Positions 25,679 through 35,014 of a stretch of DNA of 36,847 nt are shown here, piece after piece. The number at the start of each line of letters is the position of its first letter. Position 1 is the stretch's first letter. The notes below the pieces were generated by a model. The model had not been told where the DNA came from and did no database searches. It saw nothing but the letters and a program-made list of their open reading frames with translations. Position numbers and translations under genes: made by a program. The DNA comes from Verrucomicrobiota bacterium (lineage in GTDB: Bacteria > Verrucomicrobiota > Verrucomicrobiia > Chthoniobacterales > UBA10450): the NCBI GenBank assembly GCA_003218525.1, contig QHNU01000064.1:9548-46394 (forward strand). The letters are read 5' to 3'.

Positions 25679-26470
25679 GTGAATTCTCCAAGAACGCTCA
25701 TCCTTTTCTCGGTATTCCTGTTAATCGCTTCCACAGTTTTTGGGGTTTTGAATTCAACAAAGGTGAAGGCGCTTCGCGTAGGCATCAATGCGACCACTGC
25801 GCGAGAACAGATGGCTGAACGCCGTCGACTCGAGGCGGAAAAGGATATAGTCGCGCGCGAAGCGAACATCGCAGCACAATCATCTAGAGTGGCTGAGACC
25901 GAGAACCAAGTCGCTCGCGCTGAAGCTGAACTGGTCAAAACGCAAACCGAGAAATCCGATTTGGTCTCAAAGCTACGGGCCAATGAGACCCAGGTTGCTG
26001 AATTGCAGAAGCACCTGGATGAGCTGACGAAAACCACGGCCAGTCCGAACCCGGGCGCACCGTCGGTTGCCGAATTACAGGCCCAACTCGATGAAGCACG
26101 GAAACAAATCGATGCTGCTGAGGATGAGAAGACATTGCTGGCAGAAAAAATGCAGCCCAGCCGGGCACAGATGCGGAGTCCAGAAGTCGCGATCAAGCGG
26201 CGAGAAACGGTCTTTCGCGGAGCAATTCGTGGAACGGTCCTCGCGGTCAACCGCGCTTATAATTTTGTGGTGTTGAACCTTGGCGAGCACCAAGGCGTGG
26301 AGGCCAACACGGAAATGCTTGTTCTGCGAGGCGGGACAACGATCGGAAAAATTCGCATTTCTTCCGTTGAACCGGCGACAGCAATTGGCGATATTGTAGG
26401 AAATAGCCTGGCGCGTGGCGTCCAGGTGCAACCTGGTGACACCGTTGTTTATGCTGGCTCGAATTCCTAA
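25679..26470 (+). CDS. Membrane-anchored coiled-coil protein with a C-terminal beta-barrel-like domain (hypothetical)
   Basis: GTG start. N-terminal TM (LILFSVFLLIASTVFGVL), ~150 aa of heptad-like Glu/Ala/Gln-rich sequence, then GTVLAVNRAYNFVVLNLGEHQGVEANTEMLVLRGGTTIGKIRISSVEP. Confidence 0.6.
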   Translation: MNSPRTLILFSVFLLIASTVFGVLNSTKVKALRVGINATTAREQMAERRRLEAEKDIVAREANIAAQSSRVAETENQVARAEAELVKTQTEKSDLVSKLRANETQVAELQKHLDELTKTTASPNPGAPSVAELQAQLDEARKQIDAAEDEKTLLAEKMQPSRAQMRSPEVAIKRRETVFRGAIRGTVLAVNRAYNFVVLNLGEHQGVEANTEMLVLRGGTTIGKIRISSVEPATAIGDIVGNSLARGVQVQPGDTVVYAGSNS

Positions 26471-26654
26471 ACGTTCAATCGCATCGTTGCTTCTTTTCGT
26501 CGCATGCACCCTCTTGGCAGGCTGCGCTACCGAGAAACCGAAACCGGCCCTTGTTGACGATCCGCAGGCCGGACGCGAATCCCAAATTCCCTGGAACAAA
26601 CAGGAGAAATGGGAAAATCAGGGCCAGTTCGCCAACATGACCGATCGCCGGTAG
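26451..26654 (+). CDS. Small lipoprotein (67 aa)
   Basis: ATG 26451 gives MLARIPKRSIASLLLFVACTLLAGC with a lipobox (LLAGC). It overlaps the preceding ORF by 20 nt, suggesting co-translation. Confidence 0.55.
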   Translation: MLARIPKRSIASLLLFVACTLLAGCATEKPKPALVDDPQAGRESQIPWNKQEKWENQGQFANMTDRR

Positions 26655-26657
26655 CGA

Positions 26658-27953
26658 TCAGATCCAAAAACCGGGCGGAATCGTCGCGTCCTTCGGAATG
26701 ACCACGATTCCGTCCCGGAGATAATAATTCTCCGCGTCCAGATCTTCCGGCTTGCCTTCGGGAGTAATTACGACTCCGTCCGCAATCCGCGCGTTCTTGT
26801 CGATGATCGCGCGATCGATGACGCAGTTTTTGCCGATCCCAATCGGAATTTGATGCCCCGGCGTGGTGCTGTCGGTTTGGTAATAATCGGCGCCCATGAC
26901 GACGCTGTTGCGAATGGTTGCGCCGCTCTGAATGATGCTGCGCACCCCGACAACGCACCTTTCCAGGTGTGCGTCAGAAATGATGCAACCGTCAGAAATA
27001 ATGGCCTGGCGTAAGGTTGCACCATTGATCTTGCTGCCCGGCAGAAAGCGGGGGTGAGTATAAATAGGCACGTCCGCATCAAAAAAGCTGTATTCGGGCA
27101 CAATGTCAGTCAGATCGAGGTTTGCTTCGTAAAAGGCGCGGATGGTCCCGATATCCTCCCAGTAGCCGTCGAAGATATAAGCACTGACATTCCGCGTCTG
27201 GATGGCGGCGGGAATGACATGCTTGCCAAAATCTACAAGCGCGTTGTTGAGGCAATCCACCAGCACTTCGCGGTTGAAAACGTAAATGCCCATCGATGCT
27301 TGAAACAGTTCCTCTTCCGCGGCGTGTCCGATCGCGGTGAGCAAGTCAGGACCCATTTTCATTTGGTCGAGCACTTTTGACTCGTTCGGTTTCTCGACAA
27401 ATCGCGTGATGCGCCTGTCTTCTCCGCTCTGCATGATGCCGAATTCCGAGACTTGATCACGCGGGACCGGTTTTGTGGCGAGAGTGATCTCTGCCCCGGA
27501 TCGGATGTGCTGATGCAAAAGAGCACGAAAATCCATCCGGTAGAGCTGGTCGCCGCTTAGAATCAAATAGAATTCAAAGGGTCGCTCGAGGAAATAGCGC
27601 ATGTTTTGGCGAACGGCGTCGGCTGTGCCCTGGTACCATTGCGAACCTTCGGGCGTTTGTTGTGCGGCCAGAATGTCGACGAAGCTGCGGGAAAAATTAT
27701 CGAATTTATAGCTCGCCTGAATGTGGCGATGCAGTGACATGCTGTTGAACTGGGTCAGGACATAAATCGAACGCAGCCCAGAGTTAAGGCAGTTACTGAT
27801 CGGAATATCGACTAGGCGATACTTGCCACCTAGGGGAACGGCTGGTTTTGCCCGGTCTTTCGTCAACGGGAAGAGGCGTGTTCCCGCCCCGCCGCCCATG
27901 ATAATGGCGAGCGTTCGCTGCGTCGTACCGGGTGGAAGCGAAGGCGCTTGCAT
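26658..27953 (-). CDS. glgC: Glucose-1-phosphate adenylyltransferase
   Basis: LAIIMGGGAGTRLFPLTKDRAKPAVPLGGKYRLVDIPISNCLNSG, WYQGTADAV, SMGIYVF and a C-terminal left-handed beta-helix. Start placed at ATG 27953; in-frame upstream starts at 28016 and 28052 are possible. Confidence 0.9.
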   Translation of the reverse strand: MQAPSLPPGTTQRTLAIIMGGGAGTRLFPLTKDRAKPAVPLGGKYRLVDIPISNCLNSGLRSIYVLTQFNSMSLHRHIQASYKFDNFSRSFVDILAAQQTPEGSQWYQGTADAVRQNMRYFLERPFEFYLILSGDQLYRMDFRALLHQHIRSGAEITLATKPVPRDQVSEFGIMQSGEDRRITRFVEKPNESKVLDQMKMGPDLLTAIGHAAEEELFQASMGIYVFNREVLVDCLNNALVDFGKHVIPAAIQTRNVSAYIFDGYWEDIGTIRAFYEANLDLTDIVPEYSFFDADVPIYTHPRFLPGSKINGATLRQAIISDGCIISDAHLERCVVGVRSIIQSGATIRNSVVMGADYYQTDSTTPGHQIPIGIGKNCVIDRAIIDKNARIADGVVITPEGKPEDLDAENYYLRDGIVVIPKDATIPPGFWI

Positions 27954-28097
27954 TTCGCTAATGTGATAGCAAACAGGAATCGCCGCTCGCGAGATTTTGC
28001 GCCTCCAAAAATTCATCTCCACCCTACCCTTTGGCACGGCAATGCGCGGCACGACAGTTGCACCGCAAATGTGGTAATGTGAGCGTTCTCACGAATT

Positions 28098-29954
28098 ATG
28101 TGCGGAATTGTCGGATACGTCGGGCGATCTGAAGCAGCTCCCATTCTCCTGGACGGGTTACGCCGACTCGAGTACCGAGGCTACGATTCAGCCGGGGTTG
28201 CCATCGTTAATGGCGAAACCATTGAGACGCGAAAATGTGCCGGTCGCATCGCCAATCTCGCGAAATTGATGACGGAGAGGCCGCCGGCGGGGCAGTATGG
28301 GATCAGCCACACCCGCTGGGCTACCCACGGTAAAGTCACCGACGAAAACGCCCACCCGCATTTTGATCACAGCGGCAAGATCGCCTTGGTGCACAATGGG
28401 GTGATCGAGAATTACGCCGCGTTGCGTGAGCAGCTCGTGCGCGAAGTGGGACACAAATTCACCTCCGACACCGACACCGAAGTGCTCGCGCATCTGATTG
28501 GCAGCATTTATGAGCAACTAGATGGCAAGGATTCCAAAGCGCGGCTGGTGAACGCGACCCGCGCGGCGCTGAAACAGGTGATCGGCACCTACGGCATCGC
28601 CCTCGTTCACGCTCATATCAAAGATTTTCTGGTCGGAGCCCGTCGCGGTTCGCCTCTCGTTCTGGGCGTGGGCAAGGATGAGAATTTTCTCGCCAGTGAC
28701 GTCAGCGCAATCGTGGCTCACACTCGCGACGCTGTTTACTTGAACGATTTTGATATCGTCGCCGTTTCGCGGGACACCTTCGAAATCAGCTCGGTCGGAG
28801 GCGATACCGGCAGTTATCAGATCAGCAGGGTCGAATTCGGTGCGGAGGACGTGAATCGAGGCGAGTTCCCGCACTACATGCTGAAGGAAATCTTCGAGCA
28901 GGCGGACTCAGTCCGTGACGCCATGCGCGGTCGCCTCAACACCGAAGAATGTACCGCCAAGCTTGGTGGATTGAACATGACGGCGGCACAGCTTCGCGAC
29001 GTCACTCGGATCGTTCTCACCGGCTGTGGAACGGCGCTGCACGCAGCTTTGGTCGGCGAATACTTGATTGAGCAACTCGCCAGCCTCCCGGTCGAAGTGG
29101 AATACGCGAGCGAATTCCGTCACCGCAATACCCCGATGAGCGGGAATACGCTCGTGTTCGCCATCAGCCAAAGCGGCGAAACGGCTGACACCTTGGGCGC
29201 GTTACGCGAAAGTCGGCGCAAAGGCTATCGGACCCTCGGTATTTGCAATAACGTGGCCAGTACCGTCGCGCGTGAGAGCGACGGCGGAGTTTATATGCAC
29301 GCTGGCCCGGAGATCGGAGTGGCGGCCACGAAATCGTTTACCTCACAGCTGGTGATTCTGACGCTCATCGGGCTGCTTCTTGGCCGCATGCGCCATCTCT
29401 CAACTTCGGAAGGTTCGCTCATCATCGAAGCTTTGGAAGCGCTGCCGGGACAAATCGAGTCTGTCCTGAAGCTGAGCGATCACATTCGCGCGATCGCCAA
29501 AGAATATGTCTCAGTCAACGGTATACTCTTTTTCGGGCGGCAATTCAATTTTCCGATCGCACTCGAAGGGGCGCTAAAGATGAAAGAGATCACCTATCTT
29601 TTCGCCGAGGGTCATCCAAGCGCAGAACTAAAACACGGTATTATTGCCCTCGTCCGGCCTGATCTGCCTTCTGTTTTCATCGCTCCGGATGATGCCGTGT
29701 TTTCGAAAAACCTTAACAACATCGAGCAGGTTAAAGCGCGCAAGGGACCGATTATCGCGCTGACCAGCGGTGACGGTAGGAAACAGTTGAAAGGCATCGC
29801 CAACGACATCATCGAGATCCCGCGCGCTGCGGACGTCGTCACACCAGTCCTCACCGTTATCCCGTTACAATTGCTCGCCTATCATATGGCAGTCGAGCTC
29901 GGACTGGACGTCGATAAGCCTCGCAACCTGGCCAAAAGCGTAACCGTCGAATGA
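28098..29954 (+). CDS. glmS: Glutamine--fructose-6-phosphate aminotransferase (isomerizing)
   Basis: 618 aa. N-terminal nucleophile MCGIVGY, RLEYRGYDSAG, HTRWATHG, two SIS domains (FAISQSGETADT) and the C-terminal PRNLAKSVTVE. Confidence 0.95.
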   Translation: MCGIVGYVGRSEAAPILLDGLRRLEYRGYDSAGVAIVNGETIETRKCAGRIANLAKLMTERPPAGQYGISHTRWATHGKVTDENAHPHFDHSGKIALVHNGVIENYAALREQLVREVGHKFTSDTDTEVLAHLIGSIYEQLDGKDSKARLVNATRAALKQVIGTYGIALVHAHIKDFLVGARRGSPLVLGVGKDENFLASDVSAIVAHTRDAVYLNDFDIVAVSRDTFEISSVGGDTGSYQISRVEFGAEDVNRGEFPHYMLKEIFEQADSVRDAMRGRLNTEECTAKLGGLNMTAAQLRDVTRIVLTGCGTALHAALVGEYLIEQLASLPVEVEYASEFRHRNTPMSGNTLVFAISQSGETADTLGALRESRRKGYRTLGICNNVASTVARESDGGVYMHAGPEIGVAATKSFTSQLVILTLIGLLLGRMRHLSTSEGSLIIEALEALPGQIESVLKLSDHIRAIAKEYVSVNGILFFGRQFNFPIALEGALKMKEITYLFAEGHPSAELKHGIIALVRPDLPSVFIAPDDAVFSKNLNNIEQVKARKGPIIALTSGDGRKQLKGIANDIIEIPRAADVVTPVLTVIPLQLLAYHMAVELGLDVDKPRNLAKSVTVE

Positions 29955-30016
29955 GAGTCGGGCGGACAAATTCCGATAAATAATCGGGCCGGCGGGCGCC
30001 GTTTGTTTTACAATTC

Positions 30017-31720
30017 TTGACCGTGCAGACGAATGAAGATTACGTCCTTCGAGTTCTTGAAGACGTCGGCCTGCTATCAGGCGACCAAATCGCAAACGCC
30101 CGCATAAAGCTCAACGGCGACGGCGCCGTTGTTGACAGCCTGATTCGTGAGGGAGTGGTCTCATCCGATCAAATCTCCCGCTCGCTCGCGGCTCAGGCCC
30201 ACATGGATTGGATCGATCTTTCAGCCATGGTCATTCCGCCAGACATTATCGCGCAAATCAGCGCGGAAGACGCGCACCGATTCAAGGTCATCCCGGTCGG
30301 GTTCGGCGCAAACGGCCTCGTCCTCGCGATCGGTGACCCGCTCGATGTCGATACGATTGACAGTCTCAATTTCCTTCTCCAACGGGACCTCGAGCTTGTC
30401 TGCACCTCTCCTCAAAAAATTCGCGACTCGCTCATCAAATATTACGGCACGGCCGAGGAAGCCGTAGACGTTCTTCAACATCGTCTCGGTGATCAAATCG
30501 ATCTGGGACTCGAAATCGTCGAACAAACGGCCGACGTCGCTGAAGCCGATGCGCCGATTATCCGGCTGGTTTCCATGTTGATCATCGAAGCGCACAAGCT
30601 CGGTGCCAGTGACATTCACCTCGAACCGCTCGACAAAAAATTCCGTGTCCGCTTTCGCATCGATGGTGTCTTGCAGGAAATGCAGGCGCCGCCCAAAAGA
30701 CTGCAATCAGCCATCATTAGCCGGCTGAAGATTATGACGGGCTCGATGAGCATCGCCGAAAAACGCCTGCCCCAGGACGGGCGAATTCAGGTTAGAATCC
30801 GCAAAACGCCGGTTGACCTCCGTGTTTCCACGATTCCAACCAATCACGGTGAGAGCATTGTCATCCGTGTCCTCGATAAATCGCGGCTCGTGTTCGGTCT
30901 GCCGCAACTCGGATTTTTCAGCGATGATCAAGAAAAATTCGAACGGCTCCTGCGTTGCCCTGACGGCATCCTGCTCGTTACTGGTCCGACCGGCTCTGGA
31001 AAAACCAGCACCCTTTACGCCTGCCTGAACTACATCAACAAACCGGACCGCAAAATCATTACCGTAGAAGAGCCGGTTGAATACCAAATGGCCGGTATCA
31101 ATCAGGTGCAGGTAAACACGGAAGTGGGGATGACATTTCCGATCGCGCTCCGGTCGATTCTGCGGCAAGCACCCAATGTCATCATGATCGGGGAAATTCG
31201 GGACGCGGAGACAGCGTCCATTGCGACCAATGCCAGCCTGACCGGACACCTCGTCTTTAGCACACTCCACACGAATGATGCGCCTGCCGCGGTCGCGCGC
31301 TTGGTTGATATCGGTGTGCCACCTTTCCTCGTCGCTTCGTCTATCCGCGCCATCATGGCGCAACGATTGGTTCGGAGGCTGTGCACCCACTGCAAAAAAG
31401 CCGCAGCCTTGAGCGAAACAGAGATGCGGGCGCTTTGCATCGAACCGTCGCAAATGAAAGACGCGCAGGTCATGGGCGCGACCGGGTGCGAGCATTGCCG
31501 GCGTACCGGCTACCGCGGGCGTATAGGAATTTTTGAGATCTTCCTGATCGACGACGAAGTGCGGCATATGATCACCAAACGGGCGTCCACATTTCTGCTG
31601 CGCCGGCGTGCGCGCGAGTTAGGGATGCGGACACTGCGCGAAGATGGGGTCCGGAAAGTTTTGGCCGGCCTGACTTCGCCTGAAGAGGTGATTTCGGCCA
31701 CGATCACAGACGCGAGCTAG
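30017..31720 (+). CDS. GspE/PilB-family secretion ATPase, paralog 1
   Basis: 567 aa. T2SSE_N-type N-terminus. Walker A GPTGSGKTSTLY, Walker B region VIMIGEIRD, His box TGHLVFSTLHTNDA. Tetra-Cys CTHC...CEHCRRTGYRGRIGIFE. TTG start at 30017; GTG at 30023 is an alternative. Confidence 0.9.
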   Translation: MTVQTNEDYVLRVLEDVGLLSGDQIANARIKLNGDGAVVDSLIREGVVSSDQISRSLAAQAHMDWIDLSAMVIPPDIIAQISAEDAHRFKVIPVGFGANGLVLAIGDPLDVDTIDSLNFLLQRDLELVCTSPQKIRDSLIKYYGTAEEAVDVLQHRLGDQIDLGLEIVEQTADVAEADAPIIRLVSMLIIEAHKLGASDIHLEPLDKKFRVRFRIDGVLQEMQAPPKRLQSAIISRLKIMTGSMSIAEKRLPQDGRIQVRIRKTPVDLRVSTIPTNHGESIVIRVLDKSRLVFGLPQLGFFSDDQEKFERLLRCPDGILLVTGPTGSGKTSTLYACLNYINKPDRKIITVEEPVEYQMAGINQVQVNTEVGMTFPIALRSILRQAPNVIMIGEIRDAETASIATNASLTGHLVFSTLHTNDAPAAVARLVDIGVPPFLVASSIRAIMAQRLVRRLCTHCKKAAALSETEMRALCIEPSQMKDAQVMGATGCEHCRRTGYRGRIGIFEIFLIDDEVRHMITKRASTFLLRRRARELGMRTLREDGVRKVLAGLTSPEEVISATITDAS

Positions 31721-31723
31721 GGC

Positions 31724-33412
31724 ATGAACAATCACCAAATTCTTGATTTGTTCGTTGATCGGCAAGTTCTCCAGAGATTACAGGCCGACGACGTGCTGAT
31801 CGAAGCACAGCAAAATGGCAAGACGATCATGCAAGCGATGGTGGACAGTGGATTTACCGACGAGGTCGGATTCTATCGTGCCATTGCGGAGGGAATCGGG
31901 GCGGAGTTTATCGACCTGAGAGATCGGGAAATTGCACCTGAGATTGCAAAGCTAATTCCGGGCGGGCTGGCGCGCTTACACCGGGTCTTGCCGGTTGATT
32001 TCGTTGATCACACGTTGCGCGTCGCCGCGGCCGATCCGCTCGATCCCAGAACGGCAGAAGACTTGCGCTTTGCGCTCGGTCACGACATCGAGGTGGTGGT
32101 GGCGCCGATCGAGCAGATCGACGAGGGGATCAGGAACTTTTACGGCACCGACACCGCAAGCATGGAGGAGGTGCTCAAGCAACTCGGCGAATCGGGCGAG
32201 TTGTTGAAGGTCCGAAGCGAAGATGGCGCCGCGGCCAAGGTAGAAACGGAGGCGAACGCCGCACCGATCATTCGGTTTGTCGATTTGATTCTGTATCAGG
32301 CGATTCAGGATCGGGCGAGTGACATTCACTTCGAGCCGTTCGAAAACGAATTCAAAATTCGATATCGCGTTGATGGCGCGCTTTATGAAATGGCGCCTCC
32401 ACCGCGCCATCTCGCGCTGCCGGTGATCTCACGCGTGAAAGTCATGGCAAATATGAACATCGCTGAGCGCCGGCTGCCGCAGGACGGGCGAATTCAAAAG
32501 AACATCGCAGGCCGAAATGTCGATCTGCGTGTCTCGACCTTACCGACGCAATTTGGCGAGAGTGTTGTTCTGCGGGTGCTCGATCGGACAACGGTCAATC
32601 TCGATCTCGAGATGCTCGGGATGCCGCAATATGTTCACGATTACATCCTCGAGCTGATCCAGCGGCCAAACGGAATTTTCATTGTGACTGGCCCGACCGG
32701 GTCAGGCAAAACGACCACGCTTTATTCCTGTTTGCGCAATGTCAACAGCATCGATTCGAAGCTTCTCACCGCAGAAGAGCCGGTCGAATATGATCTTGAA
32801 GGAATTGTTCAGGTGCCGGTGAATGAAGCGATCGGGCTGACTTTTGCGCGCGTATTGCGCGCCTTTCTGCGGCAGGATCCAGATCGAATCATGGTTGGCG
32901 AGACGCGCGATCTCGAGACCGCCCAAATCGCCATTCAAGCTTCTCTCACCGGCCACTTGGTGTTCACCACTCTGCACACGACCGATGCGCCCGGGGCCGT
33001 CACCCGCCTGGTGGACATGGGGGTCGAACCTTTCCTCATTTCTTCCACGCTTGAAGCGGTGCTTGGCCAACGGTTATTGCGTACCATTTGCCTTAATTGC
33101 CGGGCGAGCTGCGAACCGAACCGAAATGTGCTTGATCAAGTCGAAGTTAGTCGGGGCGATCTCGGCGGTCGAAAATTTTACTATGGCAAAGGCTGTGATG
33201 TTTGTAATCACACCGGCTACAAAGGCCGCAAAGGCATCTATGAGCTGATGAAAATAACCGATCCGCTGCGCGAGCTCATCAACGAGCGGGCGCCGACGGT
33301 GGTGCTGAAACAAAAGGCAATCGAGCTTGGAATGGTGACCCTGCGCCAGGATGGATTGCGTAGTGTCTTCAATGGCGACACTACCTTCGAAGAAGTATTG
33401 AAATACACGTAG
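31724..33412 (+). CDS. GspE/PilB-family secretion ATPase, paralog 2
   Basis: 562 aa. GPTGSGKTTTLY, IMVGETRD, TGHLVFTTLHTTDA, CLNC...CDVCNHTGYKGRKGIYE. By eye ~55-60% identical to paralog 1 across the ATPase core. Starts 3 nt after the paralog 1 stop. Confidence 0.9.
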   Translation: MNNHQILDLFVDRQVLQRLQADDVLIEAQQNGKTIMQAMVDSGFTDEVGFYRAIAEGIGAEFIDLRDREIAPEIAKLIPGGLARLHRVLPVDFVDHTLRVAAADPLDPRTAEDLRFALGHDIEVVVAPIEQIDEGIRNFYGTDTASMEEVLKQLGESGELLKVRSEDGAAAKVETEANAAPIIRFVDLILYQAIQDRASDIHFEPFENEFKIRYRVDGALYEMAPPPRHLALPVISRVKVMANMNIAERRLPQDGRIQKNIAGRNVDLRVSTLPTQFGESVVLRVLDRTTVNLDLEMLGMPQYVHDYILELIQRPNGIFIVTGPTGSGKTTTLYSCLRNVNSIDSKLLTAEEPVEYDLEGIVQVPVNEAIGLTFARVLRAFLRQDPDRIMVGETRDLETAQIAIQASLTGHLVFTTLHTTDAPGAVTRLVDMGVEPFLISSTLEAVLGQRLLRTICLNCRASCEPNRNVLDQVEVSRGDLGGRKFYYGKGCDVCNHTGYKGRKGIYELMKITDPLRELINERAPTVVLKQKAIELGMVTLRQDGLRSVFNGDTTFEEVLKYT

Positions 33413-33472
33413 TTTCGGCCCTCCGAGCCAAATCTTCGGATCGAGAGCACGGCGACCCCGAAAGCGTTCGGG

Positions 33473-33508
33473 GTGGCTATATTGTAGCCGCCTCGCCCTG
33501 CCGAGGCG
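33473..33508 (+). repeat. Composite hairpin repeat, copy A (GTGGCTA..TGTAGCC plus CGCCTCG-N6-CGAGGCG)
   Basis: gtggctatattgtagccgcctcgccctgccgaggcg has the same architecture and near-identical sequence as 33629-33669. Confidence 0.75.
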
Positions 33509-33513
33509 TTTTT
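33489..33513 (+). terminator. Rho-independent terminator-like hairpin after gspE paralog 2
   Basis: CGCCTCG - ccctgc - CGAGGCG followed directly by TTTTT. It is preceded by a second perfect 8-bp hairpin, ACCCCGAA-agcg-TTCGGGGT, at 33455-33474. Confidence 0.5.
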
Positions 33514-33628
33514 CGCATCGTCGATGCGGGATCGCTTTCATGCGGCGGAGCGCGATCGCTACAATCTTTCGGATTGGGTATTCAGCGATTTGCAGCAGCA
33601 AAATAGCCTCACACGGCGACTGAGCGCC

Positions 33629-33669
33629 GTGGCTACAACCACCTGTAGCCGCCTCGCTTTGTCGAGGCG
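33629..33669 (+). repeat. Composite hairpin repeat, copy B
   Basis: gtggctacaaccacctgtagccgcctcgctttgtcgaggcg. It contains GGCTACA-N6-TGTAGCC (7-bp stem), immediately followed by CGCCTCG-N6-CGAGGCG. No T-run follows. Confidence 0.75.
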
Positions 33670-33718
33670 CACCCTTAGCTCGACACCGAGGTTCGAATTT
33701 TGCTATAATTCCTACCCA

Positions 33719-35014
33719 ATGGCCCGCTTTCAGTACGTAGCGCTCGATGGTCGCGGTCAGGAATCGACCGGACTTGTCGAGGCGAACTCGGAAAACGAAG
33801 TCATCGGCCAGCTGCGTCAAGCCGGGTATTTCCCGACCGGGGTTTACGCTGAAGGCAAGGCGCCGTCGCGCGACGGCAAGGCCAAGAGGCCGCGCGTGAC
33901 CAGCCTGCCGGCCCTGCCGAAAACAGCGCGGCGGCGGGGTGAGATTACGCTGTTCCAGCGCCGCAAAGTAAAAACAAAGACGCTGATGATTTTCACGCGA
34001 CAGCTCGCGACTCTGATTGATTCTGGTCTCCCGTTATTGCGTTCGCTTAATGTGTTATCGAAGCAAGAGCGCGATGCCGTGCTCAAACGTACCACCGACG
34101 CGTTGGCCGAGGCCGTGCAAGGCGGCAGCACGTTCTCGGATTCGCTGACGCAGCACCCGCGCATCTTTAATCAGCTTTACATCAGCATGGTGAAGGCAGG
34201 CGAACTTGGCGGCGTACTCGAGGTCGTGCTCACCCGGTTGGCCGAGTTTCAGGAGAAAGCGCAGAAGATCAAAAACAAGGTTCTCGCGGCCATGGTCTAT
34301 CCGATCATTGTTCTCACTCTCGCGCTTTCGATTCTGTCCTTTCTTCTCGTATTCATCGTGCCGAGGTTTCAACTGATCTTTCACGAAATGTTGGGCGACA
34401 AACCACTGCCCACCATCACGCTGGTCGTGATGGGCGCTAGCGATTTCGTGCAAAGAAACTGGGCTGTTATCATTGGCGCAATCGTTGCCCTCGTCATCGG
34501 GATTAAGGTGCTTGCGCGCACGCCCGGTGGACGCGCGGGCATTGATCGGCTGAAGCTACGCCTGCCGCTCTTTGGCGACTTGATGCGGAAGACCGCGATC
34601 TCGCGGTTTTCTCGTACCCTTGGCACGCTGGTCACAAGCGGTGTCTCGATTTTACAAGCGCTCAATATTACGCGCGAAACGGCCGGGAACCGGGTGATTG
34701 CAGACGCAATCTCGCAGGTCCACGATCGGGTCAAGGAAGGCGAATCAATCGTGCAGCCGCTGGAGACCAGTGGCGCGTTCCCACCGATGGTCGTCAGCAT
34801 GATCGATGTCGGTGAAGAGACCGGCCAGCTTCCCGAGATGCTGTTAAAGATCGCTGATGTTTACGACGACGAAGTCGATAACTCCGTTGCCGCGATGACC
34901 TCATTACTCGAGCCGATGATGATTGTATTTCTCGCGGCCATCGTTGGCACAATCGTGATCGCCTTGTTTCTTCCGCTCATCGGTATCATCAGCGGATTGC
35001 AGCAGCAGTCGTGA
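33719..35014 (+). CDS. GspF/PilC-family inner-membrane platform protein
   Basis: Start at ATG 33719 (MARFQYVALDGRGQESTGLVEANSENEVIGQLRQAGYFP). Two T2SSF repeats (FTRQLATLIDSGLPLLRSL; FSRTLGTLVTSGVSILQAL) and TM helices. The ORF-track start at 33524 would read through the intergenic hairpin repeats. Confidence 0.9.
   Translation: MARFQYVALDGRGQESTGLVEANSENEVIGQLRQAGYFPTGVYAEGKAPSRDGKAKRPRVTSLPALPKTARRRGEITLFQRRKVKTKTLMIFTRQLATLIDSGLPLLRSLNVLSKQERDAVLKRTTDALAEAVQGGSTFSDSLTQHPRIFNQLYISMVKAGELGGVLEVVLTRLAEFQEKAQKIKNKVLAAMVYPIIVLTLALSILSFLLVFIVPRFQLIFHEMLGDKPLPTITLVVMGASDFVQRNWAVIIGAIVALVIGIKVLARTPGGRAGIDRLKLRLPLFGDLMRKTAISRFSRTLGTLVTSGVSILQALNITRETAGNRVIADAISQVHDRVKEGESIVQPLETSGAFPPMVVSMIDVGEETGQLPEMLLKIADVYDDEVDNSVAAMTSLLEPMMIVFLAAIVGTIVIALFLPLIGIISGLQQQS

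Noticed and set aside
28053-28097. glmS ribozyme or another leader element upstream of glmS.
   Set aside because: Only ~45 nt separate glmS from the divergent glgC ORF limit, too short for the ~170-nt ribozyme, and no conserved core is seen.
30017-30200. Confident prediction of c-di-GMP binding by the GspE paralog 1 N-domain (MshEN motif).
   Set aside because: Only the second half-motif fits (LIxxGVVxxxxIxxxLxxQ). The leading RLG is AVV, and the first repeat has wrong spacing. It is kept as a testable aside, not a call.
33524-33718. Upstream extension of the gspF ORF.
   Set aside because: It reads straight through the intergenic hairpin repeats (..TTTCSRLALSRR..) and has no GspF similarity. 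The canonical GspF N-terminus (MARFQYVALD..) begins at 33719.
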